Assembly (NCBI GenBank): GCA_965203055.1
Contig: OZ241863.1
Span: 1,600,001 to 1,664,000 of the forward strand
Direction: 5' to 3'
DNA length: 64,000 nt
Source of the DNA: Spirochaetia bacterium
GTDB lineage: Bacteria; Spirochaetota; Spirochaetia; SZUA-6; Bin103
Shown here piece by piece: positions 58,144 to 64,000 of the stretch (within the stretch, counting starts at the first letter, position 1; every line of letters starts with the position of its first letter). A model generated the notes under the pieces. The model made no database searches. It worked only from the letters and a program-made list of their open reading frames with translations, and was not told the DNA's origin. Made by a program: the position numbers and the translations under genes.

Positions 58144-59061
58144 CTAGTCCCAGGCGTCGAGGCCCAGCAGCCGGCGCCCCAGCCCGCTCAGCTCCGCGCG
58201 CCGGCCATGGCGCTGCTCCCAGCGGCGCGGGTCGCCGGGCCAGCCGCCGGCCGGGCGCTGCTCGCGCCACGCGGCGACCCGTTCCCGGCGCTGCTCCTCA
58301 TCGCCGGACGCCGCCGGGAACATGGAGATGTACTGCGCCAGCCGCGGGCGGTCCGAGGTGTTTTCCCCGTTGCCGTGCGGCAACAGCGAATTCCAGATCA
58401 GCAGGTCCCCGGCGCGGCCCGGAATCGACCGCACCTCCAGGCCGGTCAGGTCGGGGACGCGCGGGTGGCGGTCCGCCGGCTGGGTGCGCACCCACTCCCC
58501 GAAGCGCCGGGGAAAGCCCGGCACGCACTGGAAGCCGCCCTGCTCCGCCGCCGTGTCGGTGAGATAGAGCACGCCCTGCACCCCGAACGGGATCGGGTCC
58601 CGGAAGGTATCCACGTCCCAATGGATGAAGCCGCCATGCTGCCACTCAGGGCGGTCGGGGCGCACCGGCGGCTTCATGTTGGCGCGGTCGAGGGTCACCC
58701 AGAGGCGCGGGGTCCGCCAGATGTCCGCGAACGCCCGGTACACGCGCGGGCACTGGCGATTGTCCCACAGCGCCTGCTGCTGGTACACCTCCACCATACC
58801 GGCGCGCGAGATCGGCGCCGGCGCGCCGGTCGCCTCGCGCGGCGCGATGCGGTACCAGCTCGCCGGATCATCGCCGGCGGCGCCCAGGAACCGCCAGATC
58901 AGTTCCACCATGGCCTGCAGGTTCGCGGCCGGCACCGCCTCGGGCACCACTACGTACCCCTGCTCGGCGAACCGCGCCAGGTCGGCAGCGCCGAGTACGC
59001 CGGCCCCGCCCCGTTCCTCGGCGCACGCCTCCGCCGGCGACGCCTCCGATGGCATTGTCAT
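58144..59061 (-). CDS. Phytanoyl-CoA dioxygenase (PhyH) family Fe(II)/2OG oxygenase
   Basis: FAEQGYVVV, IHWDVD (HxD), GGFQCVPG, GDLLIWNSLLPHG..N...PR. GGAGGA RBS before ATG 59061. Confidence 0.9.
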   Translation of the reverse strand: MTMPSEASPAEACAEERGGAGVLGAADLARFAEQGYVVVPEAVPAANLQAMVELIWRFLGAAGDDPASWYRIAPREATGAPAPISRAGMVEVYQQQALWDNRQCPRVYRAFADIWRTPRLWVTLDRANMKPPVRPDRPEWQHGGFIHWDVDTFRDPIPFGVQGVLYLTDTAAEQGGFQCVPGFPRRFGEWVRTQPADRHPRVPDLTGLEVRSIPGRAGDLLIWNSLLPHGNGENTSDRPRLAQYISMFPAASGDEEQRRERVAAWREQRPAGGWPGDPRRWEQRHGRRAELSGLGRRLLGLDAWD

Positions 59062-59078
59062 GGCTCCTCCTCCATCCT

Positions 59079-60116
59079 TCACACTCCACCCTGCCGGACC
59101 TTGAAGCGGGCGATGATGTCGTCTACCCAGGCGTGATTGGCGTCCACGGTGCGGCCGGCAATGTGCGGCGTGTGGACCACGTTGTGGCGGCCCAGCAGCG
59201 GCGAGTCCAGCGGCACCGGCTCACCGTCCCGCCGCCCCGGCCCGATGCTGAACACGTCGGCGGCCAGCGCCAGTTCGTCGTTCAGCACCCGCCGGTACAG
59301 GGCGTCCAGGTCGCAGATGAAGGCGCGCGTGACCTGCACGACCAGGCAGCCGCGCGGCAATGCGTCGATCAGCTCGGCGCTGACGAGGTGATGGGTCTCC
59401 TCGGTAGGCGGCAGCATCGGCGCGAAGATTTGGGCGTCGCGGACCAGATCGGACAGCTCATGGCGGCGCTCGGCCTTGGCCAGGGTGAATGCGGCCTGCG
59501 CCGCGAACGGGTCCCACGCCGCCACTTTGGCGCCCAGGGCCGCGCACCAGGACGCATAGCGGCCGCCGATGTTGCCCAGGCCGGCCACCCGCACGCGCTT
59601 GCCGGCGATGGTGCCGTTGCTGAACCTGGTGTCGTCGCACATCTGGGATCCCGGCTGCCCCGGCTTGCCGGCCGCCGGCGTGAAGCGCCACGTCGCGTGC
59701 CCTTCCATCATGGCCGTGTAGCGTTGCGGTATCCGCCGCAGCGCGCAGATCGTCAGCCCCAGGCCGTATTCGGCGACCGACTGGCCCCAGTAGAGGTCTC
59801 GGCGGTGCGGAATGAAGCGCACGCCGCGCGCCTCGGCCGGCGCGACTCCCGCCGCCGAAAGCCGGCGGCCATGGTGGAAGTAGCACTCCTCCAGCGAACT
59901 GAACGGCTCCAGGTCCTCCGCCTCGCCGGGAAGGCCGAGCAACGCCAGCCGCCGCACCGCAGCGGGGTCCGGCACCAACTCCGGCGCCCGCGCCGCGGCC
60001 CGCCCGGTACGGAACAATTCGCAACCGCCCGCGCGCTGCCAGCGCCGGTGCCAATAGTCGGCCGCAAACGGCCAATGCCGCTCGAACCGTTCGTGGACGC
60101 AGATCACGGACCTCAT
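59079..60116 (-). CDS. D-isomer 2-hydroxyacid dehydrogenase family protein
   Basis: SVAEY, GLGNIG, WDP, VTRA, AADVF, TPHIAG. Start ATG 60116. Confidence 0.85.
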   Translation of the reverse strand: MRSVICVHERFERHWPFAADYWHRRWQRAGGCELFRTGRAAARAPELVPDPAAVRRLALLGLPGEAEDLEPFSSLEECYFHHGRRLSAAGVAPAEARGVRFIPHRRDLYWGQSVAEYGLGLTICALRRIPQRYTAMMEGHATWRFTPAAGKPGQPGSQMCDDTRFSNGTIAGKRVRVAGLGNIGGRYASWCAALGAKVAAWDPFAAQAAFTLAKAERRHELSDLVRDAQIFAPMLPPTEETHHLVSAELIDALPRGCLVVQVTRAFICDLDALYRRVLNDELALAADVFSIGPGRRDGEPVPLDSPLLGRHNVVHTPHIAGRTVDANHAWVDDIIARFKVRQGGV

Positions 60117-60179
60117 CACCTGCAGGAGAGTGCGCCGAATCCGCGCGCGCGGCAACCGGCAGGACCGGCAGGCGGAGAG

Positions 60180-60207
60180 TTGACACCGGGCCGCCTCCGG
60201 TTACCAT
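60180..60207 (+). promoter_or_regulatory. Putative sigma70 promoter 8 nt upstream of a start codon
   Basis: TTGACA (60180-60185) - 16 nt - TACCAT (60202-60207) - 8 nt - ATG 60216. Confidence 0.55.
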
Positions 60208-60215
60208 CCCGCAGC

Positions 60216-61112
60216 ATGCCGCCGCCATTGAACCCCCCGTCGATCACGATGCTCAACTCGATGGCCGCTCCCGAGTTCGAGACCGCGCTGGACCGGCACG
60301 TGGAATGGGGACTGAACCATCTGGACCTGAAGGATTCGATCTTCGGCAAGCGGGTCGCCGACCTGAGCGTGGCCGAGGCGCAGCGCGCCGCGGCGCTGAT
60401 CGACGCGCGCGGGCTGACGGTCCACTGCATGTCCACGCAACTGTTTCACGGTGACGTGGAGGTGGGCGAGGCCGCGTTCCGCAAAGCCCACCTGGAGCCG
60501 CTGGAGCGCGCCATCGAAGTCGCCGCGGTACTGCGGCCGAGCCTGTTCCGGCTGCTGTCCGCGCGCACCCGCCGGCGCGGCCAGGTAGCCGACAGCATCG
60601 CCTATCTGCGCAACGAGCAGCCGTGGGTGATCGCCTGCTACCGGGAGGCGGTGCGGCGGCTGGCCGCGGCCGGGCTGCAGGTCACGCTGGAAAACGAGTG
60701 CCACGCCAACCTCTTCGCCACCCCGGAGGAGGTGACCGGCTTCTTCGCCGAGCTGGACTGCGGCGCCGCCGTCAACCTGACCTGGGACGTGCAGAACATG
60801 TGGCAGATGGGCACCTTCCCGTCGCTGGAGGTCTACCGGCGGTTGCGCCCGCTGCTGGCCTACTACCACCTGAAGGGCGGGCAGGCGGAACCGGGCGGCG
60901 CTGCCCTGCGCTGGCGGTCCGGTCTGGAGGATGCCTCGTGGCCGGTCGTCGAGATCACCCGGCAGGTGGTGGCCGACGGCGCCAGCCCCGTGATCTGCCT
61001 CAACGCGCCGCACGGCGAACGCAAACCGGGTTACCCGTATCACGACCTGCTCGCGCGCGACCTGGCCTTCGTCCGGCGCGCGTTCGGCGCGCAATCGGCG
61101 GCTGGCCGGTGA
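60216..61112 (+). CDS. Sugar phosphate isomerase/epimerase (xylose-isomerase-like TIM barrel)
   Basis: TLENE, LTWDVQN, YHLKG. True gene is the 3' part of ORF 59049..61112. Confidence 0.8.
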   Translation: MPPPLNPPSITMLNSMAAPEFETALDRHVEWGLNHLDLKDSIFGKRVADLSVAEAQRAAALIDARGLTVHCMSTQLFHGDVEVGEAAFRKAHLEPLERAIEVAAVLRPSLFRLLSARTRRRGQVADSIAYLRNEQPWVIACYREAVRRLAAAGLQVTLENECHANLFATPEEVTGFFAELDCGAAVNLTWDVQNMWQMGTFPSLEVYRRLRPLLAYYHLKGGQAEPGGAALRWRSGLEDASWPVVEITRQVVADGASPVICLNAPHGERKPGYPYHDLLARDLAFVRRAFGAQSAAGR

Positions 61113-62146
61113 GCTACCAGCGCGAGTTCGAGCGGCGCCTGAACGTCGCCGTGGTGGGGGTCGGCTCGCACGGCTACCGCAACGTCCTGCCTACCCTGCA
61201 CTACCTGCCGGTACGGCTGCGGGCGCTGTGCGACCGGAACCTGGAGTTGGCGCGGCGGACCGCCGCGGAGTACGGCGCGCCGGCCTGCTACGCCAGCCCC
61301 GCCGAGATGTACCGCAACGAGGAGTTGGACGCCGTGTTCCTGTGCGTCGGGGCGCGGCTGCACCCGGAACTCGCCTGCGAGGCGCTGGCCGCCGGGCTGC
61401 ACGTGTGGATGGAGAAGCCGGCCGCGACCCGCGCCGCGGAGGTGGAAGCGATCATGGCGCAGCGCCGCGACCGCGTGGTGGTAGTGGGGCTGAAGAAGGC
61501 GTTCCTGCCGGCCACCCGCAAGGTGATCGAAATCATGGCGAGCGACGAGTGCGGGCCGCTGCAGGGCATGGCCGCGGAGTATCGGCTGCGGCTGCCGGCG
61601 GACGGCGCCGCGGTGTTGGCCGACCCGCGGCGGCGCAACCCGTTCGCCGACGCGTGCCACCCGCTCGCTCTGATGCTGGCCGTGGGCGGCGAGGTCGGCG
61701 CGGTGACGATGCACCGTACCCGAACTCAGGTGGGGGCCTGCGTGCTGGAGTTCACCGGCGGCGCGGTGGGCACGTTCAGCCTGGTGTCGGCGCCGACGCT
61801 GCCATTGGAGCGCTACTCGTTCTGGGGCAACTGGCACCTCAGCATCGACAACGGCTGCCGGGTCACGGTGCGGCGCGGCATCCCGTTCTCATACGGGCGC
61901 ACCACCAGCTTCGCGCCGCCCGGCATCGACTCGGGGGCGGTGGTGTGGGAACCGCAGCACACCCTGGCCACGCTGGAAAACAAGGCGCTGTTCATCCAGG
62001 GCTTCTACCACGAGATGCGCTATTTCTGCGATTGCGCGCTGGCGGACCGGCCGGCGCAGCAGGGCTCGCTGGAGTTCACCCTGCACCTGATGCGCGTCTA
62101 CGAGGCGGCGCTGCGGTCCGAGGGCAGCCGGGTGGCGCTCGGCTGA
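61109..62146 (+). CDS. Gfo/Idh/MocA family oxidoreductase
   Basis: [25 protein letters not shown] 61109 overlaps the upstream stop. Confidence 0.88.
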   Translation: MSYQREFERRLNVAVVGVGSHGYRNVLPTLHYLPVRLRALCDRNLELARRTAAEYGAPACYASPAEMYRNEELDAVFLCVGARLHPELACEALAAGLHVWMEKPAATRAAEVEAIMAQRRDRVVVVGLKKAFLPATRKVIEIMASDECGPLQGMAAEYRLRLPADGAAVLADPRRRNPFADACHPLALMLAVGGEVGAVTMHRTRTQVGACVLEFTGGAVGTFSLVSAPTLPLERYSFWGNWHLSIDNGCRVTVRRGIPFSYGRTTSFAPPGIDSGAVVWEPQHTLATLENKALFIQGFYHEMRYFCDCALADRPAQQGSLEFTLHLMRVYEAALRSEGSRVALG

Positions 62147-62188
62147 GCAGCCTCGCCGCCGGGCGGCGCCGGCGCGCCGCTCCCTCCA

Positions 62189-62261
62189 TGAGCCGCGACG
62201 GATTCGAACCGTCGACCCACAGCTTAAAAGGCTGTTGCTCTACCGGCTGAGCTAGCGGCCC
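62189..62261 (-). tRNA. tRNA-Lys(UUU)
   Basis: GGGCCGC..GCGGCTC-A acceptor, D arm GCTC/GAGC, anticodon stem ACAGC/GCTGT with loop CTTTTAA, T arm GACGG-TTCGAAT-CCGTC. 73 nt, CCA not encoded. Confidence 0.97.
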
Positions 62262-62273
62262 GGGTGAAGCGCC

Positions 62274-62303
62274 AATGTAGAGGTCCGGCCGCTACCGTGT
62301 AAA
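62274..62303 (-). promoter_or_regulatory. Putative promoter of tRNA-Lys
   Basis: TTTACA (62303-62298) - 18 nt - TACATT (62279-62274), 12 nt before the tRNA 5' end. Confidence 0.55.
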
Positions 62304-63065
62304 CCGGCGCGCGCGGTGATTGCGGTGATTGGCCGGCGTGTCGAGCTGCGCGCGGACCGTGCTCAAGGCGCGCTCCAGCCGTTCCCGCATGTCGGCCGTG
62401 AACGGGTTGTAGCGCTGCAGATCGAGAAACAGTTGCAGCGAGTCGTTGCAGGTCTGTTCCACGATCGCGCGCAGCATGCGGTAGCCGACGGTCGAAATGG
62501 CGGACTCGTTGAGGCCCATTTCCGCCAGCACCCGTCCCAGATAGTGGGTGATGCCCTGCGTGAAGGCGGCTTCGCGGTCGTGCTGTTCCGCGCTCATCAT
62601 TACCACCCGCAGGCCCATCCCGGCGAAGCGCGTCCGCCACTCTTGCAACCGGGGCGCGGAGATGCGCACCGGACAGAGAATCATCGGCTGGCCGGCGATC
62701 CCCTTGCGCGCCGAATCGGGGCCGAACATCGGATGGGTGGCCAGGAGCTGCACCGGCGGCCGCAACCGCCGCTGCATCGCCTGCGCCGCGAAGCCCTTGA
62801 TGGAACAGGTGTCCATTACCAGGGTACGCGGCCCGAGGTGCGGGGCGATGCGGTCGACCACTTCTTCCAGCGCGGAAATGGCGACGCACAGGATCACTAC
62901 CGGACAGCGCAATACCTGGCGCTCCGACGCCATGCGGACGCCGGCCGGCGGCCGATGGAGGCGGCGCGAGTAGGCGCACACGGCGAAGTGACGAGCGAGC
63001 TGCGCAGCCCAGAACACGCCAAAGCGCCCCAGACCGTAGAGGCCGACCTGCACGGCCCGCATCAT
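62292..63065 (-). CDS. tyrA: Prephenate/arogenate dehydrogenase
   Basis: GLYGLGRFG, MDTCSIK, THPMFGP, EQHDREAAFTQGITH. Start ATG 63065. Confidence 0.88.
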   Translation of the reverse strand: MMRAVQVGLYGLGRFGVFWAAQLARHFAVCAYSRRLHRPPAGVRMASERQVLRCPVVILCVAISALEEVVDRIAPHLGPRTLVMDTCSIKGFAAQAMQRRLRPPVQLLATHPMFGPDSARKGIAGQPMILCPVRISAPRLQEWRTRFAGMGLRVVMMSAEQHDREAAFTQGITHYLGRVLAEMGLNESAISTVGYRMLRAIVEQTCNDSLQLFLDLQRYNPFTADMRERLERALSTVRAQLDTPANHRNHRARRFTR

Positions 63066-63169
63066 ACGGAGGGGCTCGGCCGCCGGCAAGACGCGCCCGG
63101 CCGAAACGCGCCGCAACGCGCGCCCGCGCGTCCTTGGCCGAGGCCGCCGCGGCGCGCTATGATGCGCGC

Positions 63170-63940
63170 ATGAGAATTGCCCTGGTCGGATATGGCCGGA
63201 TGGGCCGCGCGGCCGGCGAGGCGGCGGCCGCCGCCGGCCATCAGGTGGTAGCGCGGATCGACCCCGCGGCGGGCGATGCCGACGCGGCCGAGCTGACCGC
63301 CGGCCATGCCGCCGCGGCCGACGTCGCCATCGAATTCAGCGGCGCGGAGGGAGTGGTCGAGAACGCCCGCCGCTACGTCCGCTTCGGCCTCAGCGCGGTG
63401 GTCGGCACCACCGGCTGGCACGAACGCCTCGCGGAGGTGAGCGCCATCGTCGCCGCCGGCTCCTGCGGCTACCTGCATGCCGCCAACTTCTCCCTGGGCG
63501 TGCAACTGTTCATGCGCCTGGCGGCGCGGGCGACGGCCCTGCTGGACCCGTTCGACGACTACGACTTGGCCATCTTCGAGCGCCACCACCGGCGCAAGGC
63601 GGACTCGCCGTCGGGCACCGCCCTGAGCCTCGCGCAGGCGGTGCTGGACTCCAGCTCGCGCAAGCGGCGGGTGGCGACCGAACGCCTCGACCGGGCGATT
63701 GCGGGCGACGAGTTGCACGTGGCCGCGGTGCGCGGCGGCGAGGATCCGGGCACCCATACATTGGTATTCGATTCCCCGGACGACACCATCGAGCTGACCC
63801 ACCGGGCGCGCGGGCGCGCCGCGCTGGCCGCCGGGGCGCTGCGCAGCGCGGCCTGGCTCACGGCCGAGCCGCGCAAGACCGGCATCTACGGCATCGACGA
63901 CCTGATCGACGATCTGATCAACCAACTGGAGGCAGACTGA
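63170..63940 (+). CDS. dapB: 4-hydroxy-tetrahydrodipicolinate reductase
   Basis: MRIALVGYGRMG, VVGTTGW, ANFSLGV, ERHHRRKADSPSGTA. Start ATG 63170. Confidence 0.96.
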   Translation: MRIALVGYGRMGRAAGEAAAAAGHQVVARIDPAAGDADAAELTAGHAAAADVAIEFSGAEGVVENARRYVRFGLSAVVGTTGWHERLAEVSAIVAAGSCGYLHAANFSLGVQLFMRLAARATALLDPFDDYDLAIFERHHRRKADSPSGTALSLAQAVLDSSSRKRRVATERLDRAIAGDELHVAAVRGGEDPGTHTLVFDSPDDTIELTHRARGRAALAAGALRSAAWLTAEPRKTGIYGIDDLIDDLINQLEAD

Positions 63941-64000
63941 TGTTCGAAGGCACCTTTACCGCTCTGGTGACGCCGTTCACCACCTCGGGCGAGTTGGACC
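63940..64000 (+). CDS. dapA: 4-hydroxy-tetrahydrodipicolinate synthase, N-terminal fragment (runs off window end)
   Basis: MFEGTFTALVTPFTTSGELD; ATG overlaps the dapB stop; GGAGG RBS. Confidence 0.85.
   Translation, partial: MFEGTFTALVTPFTTSGELD

Noticed and set aside
59049..61112. 687-aa ORF as a fusion protein
   Set aside because: The N-terminal 389 codons are antisense to the dehydrogenase. The real gene starts at 60216 behind its own promoter.
40369..62190. CCTCCATG at both the tmRNA 3' end (40369-40376) and the tRNA-Lys 3' flank (62183-62190) as attL/attR
   Set aside because: Only 8 bp, no integrase, and the interval contains core lptA-lptB. Compatible with chance.

Overview
High-GC (roughly 70% by eye) bacterial chromosome segment, most likely from a Spirochaetia member. 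The gene order tmk / tamB-bamA-skp-mutS-comF-rimP-nusA-infB-rbfA-truB-rpsO-pnp-lptF-lptG-tgt and queA-ruvB-ruvA-yebC / lepB / smpB matches what I recall from Borrelia and Treponema. Bases 1-40400 are core housekeeping: translation, outer-membrane biogenesis, recombination/repair, queuosine, and trans-translation with smpB directly followed by tmRNA. An ExbB-ExbD-TonB module and a small TonB-box outer-membrane protein are attached to the front of the tamB-bamA operon. Bases 40400-62200, between tmRNA and tRNA-Lys(UUU), are mostly accessory. They hold oxidoreductases, lptA-lptB, a defence-type island (AAA_14/DUF4143 ATPase, a methyltransferase remnant, an HNH gene, an orphan M.HindIII-like methylase, a DUF1156 methylase and two ATPase-TOPRIM proteins) and a sulfatase/BNR-glycosidase/PhyH/dehydrogenase catabolic cluster. 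The window ends with tyrA, dapB and the start of dapA. Best candidates for something new: (1) a compact two-methylase + ATPase-TOPRIM operon with no restriction enzyme, DUF499 or helicase partner; (2) the TonB energiser and an apparently plug-less TonB-box barrel coupled to TamB-BamA-Skp; (3) repeated signs of leaderless and non-canonical initiation, including a required CTG start for hemW and divergent starts only 19 bp apart. No CRISPR array, rRNA, integrase or transposase was seen. All family calls come from motif recognition by eye, not database searches.
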